This document shows, in pieces, positions 1 through 9,394 of a DNA stretch of 64,000 nucleotides. The stretch is taken from IMG/VR virus record IMGVR_UViG_3300008108_000013; one strand, given 5' to 3'. The stretch's first letter is position 1, and the number at the start of each line of letters is the position of its first letter. This DNA is from a virus. Taxonomy: Duplodnaviria; Heunggongvirae; Uroviricota; Caudoviricetes. The position numbers and the translations under genes were made by a program. Below the pieces are notes generated by a model, which saw only the letters and a list, made by a program, of their open reading frames with translations, was not told the DNA's origin and did not search any database.

Positions 1-384
1 GACCACATCAAGAAAGTATTGGCTAAGCCAATTGATAACAAATTGGTTATGAGTTTGGTGCTACAGTCTATTGACAATTACAATAATGTCACGTATAATG
101 ACACTATCGTAAATGCTGTTACCAATGCAAATAGCCCTTACAAGGTGTTTTTGAGCAAGCTGAAAGGTTTTGAAAAGATCCGCTACAGTGAACAGAGCTT
201 GAAACGTCTGTGCGAACGTTATGCCAAGGGTGTAACTTTCAATCCAGAAACACAAGTTGAAGCTTTCCGCAAGGAATGCCACGCTGTACAGAATCGTTAC
301 CCGTTGCTGGCTTATATGAGCCGTGTACCGGCAGGCGAGTTGGTTGAGTATATTAACATGGTTGACACACAGAAAGGTGTTTAA
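1..384 (+). CDS. hypothetical protein, probably 5'-truncated by the window edge
   Basis: ORF 19..384 is in frame with an open reading frame back to nt 1 (no stop in 1-18). No recognisable motifs. Confidence 0.45.
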   Translation, partial: DHIKKVLAKPIDNKLVMSLVLQSIDNYNNVTYNDTIVNAVTNANSPYKVFLSKLKGFEKIRYSEQSLKRLCERYAKGVTFNPETQVEAFRKECHAVQNRYPLLAYMSRVPAGELVEYINMVDTQKGV

Positions 385-385
385 A

Positions 386-1351
386 ATGAGCTATCCGTTT
401 TTGATTCAAGGCGATAATGTTGTAGTTGTTATTGATAACAAACCGCACACTATCAATAAGACGCACATTACCTATCAAAAGGTAGTTGATGCTATTAAGG
501 CAGGTGATTGGGACGCCGTTAAGGATGCAATCGAGCCTAAGAAGATTGTTCTTAACTACGGTAAGGGCAACGTGTCTATCCAAGGCGAAACATTGTTTTG
601 GAAGGGCACAGAGCTTCATACTACGCTGGCAGTTAAGATGATTGACATGTTGCGTGAAGGCTTTCCGATCGAGCCAATGGTCCACTTTATGGACAATCTG
701 TACCAAAACCCAAGCAAGCGAGCAGTTGATGAACTGTACGGCTTCTTGGAAAAGGGCAATTTGCCTATTACTCCAGATGGTCACTTCCTTGCTTACAAGA
801 AAGTCCGTGCTAACTACATGGACGTTCACAGTGGCACTATGGACAATAGTATTGGTAAGATCGTTGAAATGGAACGCTACAACGTTGACGATAACAAGGA
901 CAATACTTGCTCAACAGGACTTCACTTCTGTAGCAAGGATTACTTGAACTCATTTAGCGGCGAGCGTACTGTTATTGTTAAAATCAACCCACGTGATGTG
1001 GTTAGTATTCCTAGCGACTACAATGCTACTAAGGGCCGTGCTTGCCGTTACGAAGTTGTTGGTGAAATTGATGCAGATAAAGTAGATCAAGCATTTACTC
1101 GTTCTGTACAATCTAACAGTTCTAATTATGATCGACCTGTTAAAGAAGGTGACACTCCTTTTAAAGCAGGCTATAGCAATGGTTATCACGGGTTGTATAA
1201 TGCACAAGATAACTACTACGGCAAAGATCATACAGATTATAGCGAAGGCTATGCTAAAGGACGTCAAGATGCGCTGTGGGGACACCCAGAACGCTATCGC
1301 TATGTTCCGAATGATTTTTCAAAAGGTGCATGGCCTTTTCCTAACCAATAA
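386..1351 (+). CDS. hypothetical protein (phage early-region type)
   Basis: Long ORF. An internal ATG at 386 sits just after the upstream stop, with an aaaggtg RBS. The upstream part of the track ORF 323..1351 overlaps the previous gene, so the start is set at 386. The C-terminal third is Tyr/Gly/Asn-rich. Confidence 0.55.
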   Translation: MSYPFLIQGDNVVVVIDNKPHTINKTHITYQKVVDAIKAGDWDAVKDAIEPKKIVLNYGKGNVSIQGETLFWKGTELHTTLAVKMIDMLREGFPIEPMVHFMDNLYQNPSKRAVDELYGFLEKGNLPITPDGHFLAYKKVRANYMDVHSGTMDNSIGKIVEMERYNVDDNKDNTCSTGLHFCSKDYLNSFSGERTVIVKINPRDVVSIPSDYNATKGRACRYEVVGEIDADKVDQAFTRSVQSNSSNYDRPVKEGDTPFKAGYSNGYHGLYNAQDNYYGKDHTDYSEGYAKGRQDALWGHPERYRYVPNDFSKGAWPFPNQ

Positions 1352-1368
1352 TTAAAACAGCACATAAT

Positions 1369-1392
1369 AGGCCCTACGGGGCCTATTTTTTT
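1369..1392 (+). terminator. rho-independent terminator
   Basis: AGGCCC-tacg-GGGCCT hairpin followed by a T8 run. Confidence 0.7.
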
Positions 1393-1426
1393 GGCCGTTT
1401 TGTGCGGGTGCGGTTTTCTTCGTTTG

Positions 1427-1436
1427 AATAAATACT
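1427..1436 (+). promoter_or_regulatory. T4-type late-promoter-like box AATAAATACT
   Basis: ATAAATAC lies 45 nt upstream of structural gene 1481. The same ATAAATACTG 10-mer recurs upstream of structural gene 41496. Confidence 0.4.
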
Positions 1437-1480
1437 GTGTATTGATCTAGACGATCTAAAGAAATAACGGAGAATAAGCA

Positions 1481-2605
1481 ATGGGCCTACGTATAAGACG
1501 AGGAAGTGACGAAGCAAGGGCAAACACATCTTTAGACCAAGGTGAGTTAGTTTGGACTAGCAGTCAAGGAACAACTGGTGCAAATTATCACCAACTTTGG
1601 GTAGGTACTGGAATAGGTACTGGTGGTGTAAACATCCTAGAAACTTCAGCAGGATACGGCCTATCTTGGGACGCAGAAACACAAAGATTAGAAGTTTCAG
1701 GGCTTACAACCGACGACATTTCAGTTGGACTCAACAACAAATACTTTACTAACGAACTAGCTGTTGACGCGGTTGCAGCCGCATTAGTAGCAGGCAATGC
1801 AACTAACTCAAATATTACGTTTGTCTATTCAAATACACAAGATGACGCAAACAGAATTAATGCTATTGTTTCTCTCGACGGTATTGGTATTACTGATCTA
1901 GTTGATGACACTACACCTCAACTCGGTGGCAATTTAGATTTAAACAGTAACGATATTACAGGTACAGGTAATGTTGACATAACTGGAGATATTGGTCTTG
2001 CTGGCAGCATTGTTGCAGAAGGTGACACTGGAACTTTAACAATTAACGGGACACAACTTTCAGCTAATACAGAATACGTAACCGTCGGAACTAGTGCTTC
2101 TCCTGTTGGTATTATTGTTAAGAATACAGGACTGATTGACGGCCTTAATGTTATTTCTCCATCGACAACAAACAACGGCCCAAATATTGCTTTTTCAGCA
2201 GTAGGCGGTAGTATAGATGCTCCAGAAGTATTAACAGTCGGAGATTCGTTAGGTCAAGTCCGTTTCCAAGGATACCAAGATACTCCAGTTGGTGAAATAC
2301 AAGCCAACATGGTTACTATCAATGCTGTATTAGCAGTAGCAGGTGATGGTGCTAGTATCCTACCAAGAGGCAAACTACAGTTCTTAATTGCTAACGGTCC
2401 TAATCCTGTAGATGCTGCCACAGCAGAATTTAATAAAGATGGTGTATTTTCTGCACCAGTAATGCGCCCAGGATCGTTTACTACTACACAAAGAAATGCA
2501 CTAACACCAGCAGTTGGAATGATCATTTATAACACAACCGCAAACAAATTCCAAGGTTATCAAAACACAGGCGGCTCAACACTTGAGTGGGTTGACCTAA
2601 GTTAA
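1481..2605 (+). CDS. virion structural / tail-fiber-like protein
   Basis: The N-terminus LRIRRGSDEARANTSLDQGELVWTS resembles the QLRRDTAANW..GE N-domain of the tail-fiber gene at 60463. The sequence is Gly/Thr/Asn-rich and fiber-like, and a late-promoter box lies upstream. Confidence 0.55.
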   Translation: MGLRIRRGSDEARANTSLDQGELVWTSSQGTTGANYHQLWVGTGIGTGGVNILETSAGYGLSWDAETQRLEVSGLTTDDISVGLNNKYFTNELAVDAVAAALVAGNATNSNITFVYSNTQDDANRINAIVSLDGIGITDLVDDTTPQLGGNLDLNSNDITGTGNVDITGDIGLAGSIVAEGDTGTLTINGTQLSANTEYVTVGTSASPVGIIVKNTGLIDGLNVISPSTTNNGPNIAFSAVGGSIDAPEVLTVGDSLGQVRFQGYQDTPVGEIQANMVTINAVLAVAGDGASILPRGKLQFLIANGPNPVDAATAEFNKDGVFSAPVMRPGSFTTTQRNALTPAVGMIIYNTTANKFQGYQNTGGSTLEWVDLS

Positions 2606-2627
2606 TAGCACTTATCACTTTAAATAA

Positions 2628-2676
2628 TCCCTAGTTTTAGTAGTGTTAAATACACACTACTTTCTAGGGATTTTTT
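2628..2676 (+). terminator. rho-independent terminator (two-part hairpin + T6)
   Basis: Outer stem tccctag/ctaggga (7 bp) and inner stem agtagtgt/acactact (8 bp) with a 7-nt loop taaatac, then TTTTTT immediately before ATG 2678. Confidence 0.7.
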
Positions 2677-2677
2677 A

Positions 2678-3400
2678 ATGGATAGATTTTTGAAACACCC
2701 ATCAGATCTTAAATTATCTGATTTACAGAATGTCGATTGGGATGTTATAGAACTAAAACCAACTGTTGACCACAAGGCGTTAATGGAGTGGTATGATCTA
2801 ATGTCTGTTAAATTAGAGCAGGCCAAATGGATTGCATGTGATGAATACGAAGAAAAATATTTCAATCCAGAATTAAAACGTCGATGGTGGGCGGCCAATC
2901 CTAACAAGTATTCCGATAGACCACCATTCTGGTGGTATATGAATTGGCCTTTAGAACGATATGATCCGTTGCCATTTGCATTCCTAGCCAATAAAGAAAT
3001 CTTTCCAGAAGCATTTTCAGACTCATATAATGATCAAGAGAATCCACTTTTAAAAGAATATAACTTTGGTGCGTTTGAAAATCTCTATAACAAATACGGC
3101 AAATACTTACGTGCTATTAGAACAATAGTTCTTCCGGAAGGAGCAGGGTTGGGGCTTCATGTCGACATGCCATATCCTAATGTTATTATTAGATTACACA
3201 TACAGCTAGATGCTAATGAAAATTGTGAATGGCAATTTGGACATGCCGCTGATAGAAGATACGTAATGGAGCCAGGAAAGATGTACTTAGTTAATACTGC
3301 TGTTCCGCATAGTGTAGCAAATTTCGGAGGCCCAGACTGGGTAGTAATTTATGGAACTCCTAACAAAGAAGATATTGAAGAAATGTTAGGATTAGAATAA
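2678..3400 (+). CDS. AspH-like (aspartyl/asparaginyl beta-hydroxylase family) 2OG/Fe(II) cupin oxygenase
   Basis: HxD...H facial triad (LGLHVDMPYPN ... AVPHSVAN). Paralogous to 6558, 8738, 9387 and 14844. Confidence 0.6.
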   Translation: MDRFLKHPSDLKLSDLQNVDWDVIELKPTVDHKALMEWYDLMSVKLEQAKWIACDEYEEKYFNPELKRRWWAANPNKYSDRPPFWWYMNWPLERYDPLPFAFLANKEIFPEAFSDSYNDQENPLLKEYNFGAFENLYNKYGKYLRAIRTIVLPEGAGLGLHVDMPYPNVIIRLHIQLDANENCEWQFGHAADRRYVMEPGKMYLVNTAVPHSVANFGGPDWVVIYGTPNKEDIEEMLGLE

Positions 3401-3401
3401 C

Positions 3402-4232
3402 ATGGCACATTTAAATGTAATAGTTCCTTCTGAGATTGATTACTGGCCTTATTCTTATCCAGATAATCCAGTGTCAACTACTACAGAGTTTGCTGGCCCA
3501 GATAGCCGAGAATTGTACGAAAGAAATTTAAAATACTTACCCCAAGATTGGATTTATCGTAAAACAGATATAGAATATTCCTTTAACAGTAGTAGGTTAA
3601 GAATGAACAAGGATATCGAGAATGTTGATCAATCTTATATATTGTTTAGCGGTACTAGTTATACAATGGGAGTAGGAATTAAAGAAGAAGATCGGTTCTC
3701 TGAAAAAATTAGTAAACAGTTGAATCTGGACTTCATAAACTTTGCAGGTCCTACATATAGTGTTAAAATACAAACAATATCTTTTTTCAATTTATTAAAA
3801 ACAAATCTTCCTCTTCCTAAGGTGTTAGTCGTTGAGTATGCTCCTGAAATAGGATATACCTTTTACAACAATGGAAATTTTGTTTGTGCTAATAAGCCTT
3901 TTTTAAAACACTTGCAAGGACATGATACACAGGCCGATGTTTATAAAACTTTACTCGATACCGATTTCTTTTTTCAAGAAGCAAACATTTATAGAAATAT
4001 GTTGATTGGAACTTGTAAACGGCTTGGAATCAAAATGTTAGAGGTATCCTTTAACATTAACGATAGATTTGTAACTGAAAACGGAATACTTTCCATCGAC
4101 GATGAATATAAAGGTGTTGATATCAGCACAGAGCTTGCTCGAGATGTTAGAATACATAATGGTAATTATTCTGCACATCCGGGAACAGGAATACATCAGT
4201 TGATAACAGATCGACTACTAAAACTAATATGA
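3402..4232 (+). CDS. hypothetical protein, possibly SGNH/GDSL-like hydrolase
   Basis: ILFSGTSYTMGVG (GDSx-like block I) and SAHPGTGIH (DGxHP-like block V). Weak. Confidence 0.3.
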   Translation: MAHLNVIVPSEIDYWPYSYPDNPVSTTTEFAGPDSRELYERNLKYLPQDWIYRKTDIEYSFNSSRLRMNKDIENVDQSYILFSGTSYTMGVGIKEEDRFSEKISKQLNLDFINFAGPTYSVKIQTISFFNLLKTNLPLPKVLVVEYAPEIGYTFYNNGNFVCANKPFLKHLQGHDTQADVYKTLLDTDFFFQEANIYRNMLIGTCKRLGIKMLEVSFNINDRFVTENGILSIDDEYKGVDISTELARDVRIHNGNYSAHPGTGIHQLITDRLLKLI

Positions 4233-4876
4233 GCTCATTGACACTCTTTACATCTGGCAGCACTAAAGAACCAAAAGAAGTTACACATCTTTGGTCAACT
4301 GTTGAGAAGTGCATACTAAGATCAATACAAGAAATAGGTTTAACTCGTTATGACACAGTACTAGATGTCTTTCCGGGAAATGTCATAGCACACTATACAG
4401 TTACAGCCTTTCCGGCAAAATACAGTGGAGCAAGATTAATTACTTCTAACTTTGATCCGTATAACTACATTAAACTATTTCAAAAGTATCAACCTACTTA
4501 TATTGCATTAATTCCTAGACACTATGATATACTGTCAAAGACTAAAGGTTGGAACGAATTAGATATGAGCTGTGTCCGTTATATGGTTATGGGAAGTAGT
4601 AATATCAGCCAATCTACTATAGATACTTTCAGATCCAAGGGTGTACAAACTGTAGCTAACTGGTACGGTATGACTGAAATGCCTCCACCTGTGTTTGTAG
4701 GTTATAATAGTGAATCATTTGATTTTACACCTAGACAAGGCTATACTGTAGAATTTACAGACGAAGGCGAGTGTATAGTTAACGGTGTGTTAACTGGTGA
4801 CTTATTTGATCTTAAGACTAAAAAATTTGTTTCAAGGAAAGTTCAATCTAATGGAAAAACTTGGAAGACAGTTTAG
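4229..4876 (+). CDS. truncated ANL-superfamily adenylate-forming enzyme (mini adenylation core)
   Basis: TSGSTKEPK (A3 P-loop) at residues 8-16, YGMTE (A5) at about residue 147 and TGD (A7) at about residue 198. The protein is only 215 aa and lacks the N- and C-terminal subdomains. ATGA overlap with the previous gene. Confidence 0.5.
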   Translation: MSSLTLFTSGSTKEPKEVTHLWSTVEKCILRSIQEIGLTRYDTVLDVFPGNVIAHYTVTAFPAKYSGARLITSNFDPYNYIKLFQKYQPTYIALIPRHYDILSKTKGWNELDMSCVRYMVMGSSNISQSTIDTFRSKGVQTVANWYGMTEMPPPVFVGYNSESFDFTPRQGYTVEFTDEGECIVNGVLTGDLFDLKTKKFVSRKVQSNGKTWKTV

Positions 4877-5438
4877 AAAATTAGAAGAAAAAGATATTCC
4901 TTCTCTACAGGAATTCTGTGACACTTGTAAAGATCTAGGCTATGTTAATAATCAATCATTTGAAGCTATTAAGTTAGATAAAATGGTAATGCCCTACGGA
5001 CAGTTTTTTGTCGGTGTTGACGATGATAAAATCTTTACCATAGCAGGGGTTCACAGACTGCCTGAGGTAAACGATCGAGCTTGGAGATGTCTTTTTAGAG
5101 GAGCGCAACTTCCTGGGTATACTCCTGCATGGAGCATGGACATATTTAAAAGTGGAATACACTTCAGTCAATTCTTATACCAGCAGATTAAATTTGTACA
5201 AGAACTAGATCCTGATGCAGACTTTTATGTGAGTACCAACGTTCATTCAACTGTAGGTGCTAAGAGCTCTAGAATGAACGATGTTATGATGCCAAGAATA
5301 GCTAAACGTGGTATCTGGACGCTGGCCTTAGAAAACTTCATGCTTTATAATGTTCCGCAGAACCTTTGGAAAATTAACGTTCAGCAGTATATGGAAGCCC
5401 GCGAGCGTTGGCTATCTGGCGAAAGCTGTAGGGATTAA
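4851..5438 (+). CDS. hypothetical protein
   Basis: ORF 4797..5438. The probable start is the MEKLGRQ ATG at 4851, which reduces overlap. No clear motifs; weak GNAT-like resemblance only. Confidence 0.4.
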   Translation: MEKLGRQFRKLEEKDIPSLQEFCDTCKDLGYVNNQSFEAIKLDKMVMPYGQFFVGVDDDKIFTIAGVHRLPEVNDRAWRCLFRGAQLPGYTPAWSMDIFKSGIHFSQFLYQQIKFVQELDPDADFYVSTNVHSTVGAKSSRMNDVMMPRIAKRGIWTLALENFMLYNVPQNLWKINVQQYMEARERWLSGESCRD

Positions 5439-6561
5439 ACAGAGTTTGATTTTCTTGTGGTAAATTAATTTTATCGATCTTATTAAAACTACGCCAATAA
5501 TCTGTGTGATCTAATTTACTAGTTTTAAAATGCAACGAAATAAAACGTCCTAGGTGGGCGTATAACCTACTCCATACCCGATTATACTTTTCAGCTCCTT
5601 GATTATCGTTGAGTAATCTGGCCAGCATTTTAACTGGAGCATGGATAATAAACAACCCTGTTGATTCGAGGGGATCTAAGAATCCTGCACTTAGTCCAAC
5701 CGCTACTACATTTTTCTTCCACGGTTCGGGATTATATTGATTAGAGAATGGAACTTCAAAAATTTTATCTTTCTTTAGGCCTGGAGTCTTTTTAATAAAC
5801 TCATCAACTGCTTGGTCAACACTAACGGCATCTTTGTTAAATGCATAGCCGTTGCCAGTTCGATGATCTAAACTAATTCTCCAACGCCAACCATAATCCA
5901 TTGCATAGGTTTGTGTGTAGTTTGCAGATGGTGCTGTGAAATCTCCAGGACCAGCTACAGCATAATTATTAATTAATCCGTCGTGCTTGACTAAGTTCTG
6001 TCCTAGTGGTTTTCTAATGATAGATCTAAATCCTGTACAATCAATGTATAAATCAGCGGTATACTTACCAGCTCTGCCAACTAAACATTTAACTCCATTT
6101 TCATCTAGTTGAACATCAAGTACATCATCGATGATGTGCTTAACACCTTTTGGAATACAAACAGTATCGCGTAAAGCAATTCCCAATCTAGTAGCATCTA
6201 CGTGATAAGCATGTCTCCACTTTTTAGTAGGCTTAGTTTTTGTTTCTAACCAATGTAACTGTTCTTCGTGTTCCGACTCGTCGAAACAAAAATGGTGCCA
6301 CCACTGATCGTTACCAGTAGTCCAGTTATTATGCTGGATGGTATATTTTCTGATAGCACTACATTTTTCAAAAAGATCTTGTTCAGAGAATCCAACGTCT
6401 TCCAAAAAGTCAACAATACTAGGAACTGTGCTTTCGCCTACTCCGATAATAGGAATATTGTCACTTTCTATGACAGAAATTTTACAGCTAGTTTTATTAG
6501 CAAGATATGCCGCTGCCATCCAGCCTGCACTGCCGCCACCGACTATTAGTATTGTTTTCAT
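5374..6561 (-). CDS. flavin-dependent (tryptophan-type) halogenase
   Basis: N-terminal GGGSAGW FAD-binding motif, GWRWRIS (variant of WxWxIP) and overall halogenase-like length of 395 aa. Confidence 0.75.
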   Translation of the reverse strand: MKTILIVGGGSAGWMAAAYLANKTSCKISVIESDNIPIIGVGESTVPSIVDFLEDVGFSEQDLFEKCSAIRKYTIQHNNWTTGNDQWWHHFCFDESEHEEQLHWLETKTKPTKKWRHAYHVDATRLGIALRDTVCIPKGVKHIIDDVLDVQLDENGVKCLVGRAGKYTADLYIDCTGFRSIIRKPLGQNLVKHDGLINNYAVAGPGDFTAPSANYTQTYAMDYGWRWRISLDHRTGNGYAFNKDAVSVDQAVDEFIKKTPGLKKDKIFEVPFSNQYNPEPWKKNVVAVGLSAGFLDPLESTGLFIIHAPVKMLARLLNDNQGAEKYNRVWSRLYAHLGRFISLHFKTSKLDHTDYWRSFNKIDKINLPQENQTLFNPYSFRQIANARGLPYTAER

Positions 6562-7733
6562 AATCTATATTCTTTATTAATTATATCGTTGACTCTGCCC
6601 ATTGGAATCTTAAACAACAAATGTGTTCTAGTTTTAGACCCTTGATTATGCGTAGCATGAGTTCTTTTCGTATTTATAAGGTAGGCCTTACCTGGTTGTA
6701 GATTATATTTCTTATCTCCAAATATAAAGTAAGATTTTTCGTCTACTTCTATAGGAAAGTGTATTCTTAAATGTGCATCTTTATCAATATGCGGAGGCAA
6801 CATAGAACCAGAAGTATGCGATGTAATTCCAAGTTCTTCAACATCATCAAATGTTTCTAATACCTTTTCGGCGAACCCGAAAACTAAAGGAGTTCTATTA
6901 GTAAATGCAGGTAGCTTTTCATCCTCAGGAGTTGAATCTTTTCCGCTAGGCGGGCTAATTGGTTTACTAGGATTTTTTAAATTACTTAATATACCGTATC
7001 CATGTATTGGGGAGGGTGTATCTAAAGTCCACTCGAGATGTACAAAGTCGTGTTTAACTTTAAAATAGTAGTCAGCTAACTCTTGATAGTTAAATTTAAT
7101 ATTAGGTAGCTCTAGTACATCAAAGTCAAATTGACTTTCATCTAGTAAGTACTCTCGATTTAATATTAAATCAATATCATCTTTATGTAGTTTAAAAATA
7201 AAATGAACTCTATCAGTATCACCTTCATTTTCAACTCCATGAGGTAGAGCTGTATTAATTAGATAGGCATGTCCTTCTTCTAGAACAAAGCTCTCATCTT
7301 CAAATTTAAAATAGCTTTTATCGTTTGCTTTGATAGGTATATGTATCTTAACAAACTCGTCGTTGTCCACATGCATATCGATACGTGTGCCTGGCGGATG
7401 GCCTGCAATTACTGTTTGTCTTACATCTGGAAATGCTTTAATAACTTTACGTGCAAAGCCAAATATCAAATCAGTTGGAACCTTAAAGTCGTTATTTGGG
7501 TGGACTTCGTTATCTTCTTTGACATGATAAGGCGGACAAGGTTTACTTGGATCTTTTAAATTGCTCTGTATAGCCCAGCTATACATATCGGCTACATTAT
7601 GTGTCTTAACATCAAAGTCCTTATCTACAGTCCACTTAAGATGCTGGTAATCGTTAACCACTTGATTGTAGTAATCAAGTAATTCTTTGTAAGAAAATTT
7701 TATATTAGATAATTTTATAACTTTAAAATCCAT
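6558..7733 (-). CDS. tandem-duplicated double AspH-like cupin oxygenase
   Basis: Two complete repeats within one ORF. Each has an N-terminal IKFxYxEL(L/A)DYY segment and an HxD...H cupin core (GHPPGTRIDMHVD..ALPHGVEN and SHTSGSMLPPHIDKD..RTHATHN). Confidence 0.6.
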   Translation of the reverse strand: MDFKVIKLSNIKFSYKELLDYYNQVVNDYQHLKWTVDKDFDVKTHNVADMYSWAIQSNLKDPSKPCPPYHVKEDNEVHPNNDFKVPTDLIFGFARKVIKAFPDVRQTVIAGHPPGTRIDMHVDNDEFVKIHIPIKANDKSYFKFEDESFVLEEGHAYLINTALPHGVENEGDTDRVHFIFKLHKDDIDLILNREYLLDESQFDFDVLELPNIKFNYQELADYYFKVKHDFVHLEWTLDTPSPIHGYGILSNLKNPSKPISPPSGKDSTPEDEKLPAFTNRTPLVFGFAEKVLETFDDVEELGITSHTSGSMLPPHIDKDAHLRIHFPIEVDEKSYFIFGDKKYNLQPGKAYLINTKRTHATHNQGSKTRTHLLFKIPMGRVNDIINKEYRL

Positions 7734-8176
7734 TATACACTCTTTAACATATCATAGACATTACTGTTTATTTCGTCATGTAAAACAGTATTATTAAATA
7801 ATTCACTTATATACATTTCAACTCCTCTGGATCTCGATCGTCCCTTAGCACAATAGATGTGTACTATAGATCCTTGTGGAATAGTTTCAATAAACTTTTT
7901 TAATTCTACTGCTTGTTCTTTGGAACAGGCATGAGCATAAATTATTCTTTGGTCATTATTAAACCAAGGTATAACTTTTAATCCTGTTTTATGTACATCA
8001 TCGAAATATAAATTAATTACGTTTCTATGTTCTTTTTTAAAATAAGGAATTCCGTGTATCCAGCCAGTTGCATTTATACAAATAAAATATTCGTTAAGTA
8101 ACTCAACATTACTGTCGTTGATGTCGGACATGGCCTCTTCAAAGGAGGATCGAGAATATCTTCTAACGTCTAGCAT
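7733..8176 (-). CDS. dual-specificity / tyrosine phosphatase-like protein
   Basis: CX5R P-loop VHIYCAKGRSRSRG with an upstream acidic YFDDVH. Confidence 0.55.
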   Translation of the reverse strand: MLDVRRYSRSSFEEAMSDINDSNVELLNEYFICINATGWIHGIPYFKKEHRNVINLYFDDVHKTGLKVIPWFNNDQRIIYAHACSKEQAVELKKFIETIPQGSIVHIYCAKGRSRSRGVEMYISELFNNTVLHDEINSNVYDMLKSV

Positions 8177-8741
8177 AAAATTCTAAAACACGATTTACTT
8201 TTTCTAATTTTTCGCCTGTTAAAAAATGTTTACCAATAAAGAATTTTAAATCTATATTGGACATTACAGGATTCCTTAACCAAAACTCTATAAGATCCTT
8301 TAGTTGATTTTTACTGATTCCCTCTTTACTATTTGATGTATCTTCAACTTCTGTTATAGTTAAGTGTAGCAGATTAGTTATATCTGTCTTTTTTTCTAAG
8401 GGAATCATCTTACAACGATCTTTTAACTCATGTTTAATTTTTGAATAGGGATCATTTATAGCCTGATAAAAATCTCCCGAAATACTTCCAATGACTAGCA
8501 TATTCGGAACCCACCCATATACATCTTCAAGTAGTTTAATTTGATAATCTTCTACACAGGCGCAATTAATAAACAAGTCTGCTGATCGTGCTTCTTTAAC
8601 TATTTCATCATAGTTGATTGTAAAATCGTATCCTGTAGTTCTACTAAGCTGTACAGTTCCTTCGAACATTTCGAATAACCATTTTCCCAAGAAGTGACTA
8701 GGATTTTCAGAAGACCCGCCGCCGGTCATAACTACTTTCAT
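8163..8741 (-). CDS. hypothetical protein with Rossmann-like N-terminus
   Basis: KVVMTGGGSS Gly-rich N-terminus. No further confident motifs. Confidence 0.3.
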   Translation of the reverse strand: MKVVMTGGGSSENPSHFLGKWLFEMFEGTVQLSRTTGYDFTINYDEIVKEARSADLFINCACVEDYQIKLLEDVYGWVPNMLVIGSISGDFYQAINDPYSKIKHELKDRCKMIPLEKKTDITNLLHLTITEVEDTSNSKEGISKNQLKDLIEFWLRNPVMSNIDLKFFIGKHFLTGEKLEKVNRVLEFYARR

Positions 8742-9394
8742 AGATATAATCCTTTAACATCGTCAGTCCATACTTTTCCATATAAATGTATTCTGTTCGA
8801 ACTACCTTTGTTTTCAACACTATGGGGCAAAGTAGTATTAACTAGATATGCCCACCCAGGTTCCATATGATATTCTTCTCCGTCGATAATCCAATTACTT
8901 TCAAGATTAGTATATATAGGTATGTGTACTCTAATCTTGTCAGGACTGTCTTGATGAGTTATTAACTTAGTTCCTGGTACGTGATCAGTGACTAACCATT
9001 TCTTACTTCGTATAGGCATCGATTGTACAATCTCAAGAGCATAGCCATAAAAGCATTTTCTTGGATTTAGTTTATCATTGTCGTTGTCTTGATACTCTGG
9101 TTTAGCCATTCCTTGCTCAAATGGCTTCGGGCCTGGCTCATCATTACTCCAACAAAGGGTATAGTAGCCTGTATCATCTGGCAATATGTGTCCTGTTGTA
9201 CCAGTCATATCAACGATAGGTTCTTGCCAGACGTGATGATTTTCACCGACTAAAAATTTCCAATCTCGATATTTCGTTTCTAAGTCTTTATACCATTGTT
9301 GCAGTTGTACAGCATCTACCTTAAACCAAGGTTTAACTTTAAATCCAAGATCGACAGAATCAAAGTTCTGTATATACCTTTTCATTTTAGTCAT
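8738..9394 (-). CDS. AspH-like 2OG/Fe(II) cupin oxygenase
   Basis: DHVPGTKLITHQD...RVHIPIYTN...LPHSVEN, the same architecture as 2678. Confidence 0.6.
   Translation of the reverse strand: MTKMKRYIQNFDSVDLGFKVKPWFKVDAVQLQQWYKDLETKYRDWKFLVGENHHVWQEPIVDMTGTTGHILPDDTGYYTLCWSNDEPGPKPFEQGMAKPEYQDNDNDKLNPRKCFYGYALEIVQSMPIRSKKWLVTDHVPGTKLITHQDSPDKIRVHIPIYTNLESNWIIDGEEYHMEPGWAYLVNTTLPHSVENKGSSNRIHLYGKVWTDDVKGLYL

Noticed and set aside
61-1355. Antisense or alternative-frame ORFs (61..282 -, 353..829 -, 642..947 +, 950..1285 -, 1128..1355 +)
   Set aside because: They lie entirely inside or opposite the longer, better-supported genes 1..384 and 386..1351. They have low-complexity translations and no start context.
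4229-5438. Frameshifted pseudogene joining 4229..4876 and 4851..5438 into one ANL enzyme
   Set aside because: The downstream ORF lacks the ANL A8-A10 motifs, so the two are more likely separate overlapping genes.
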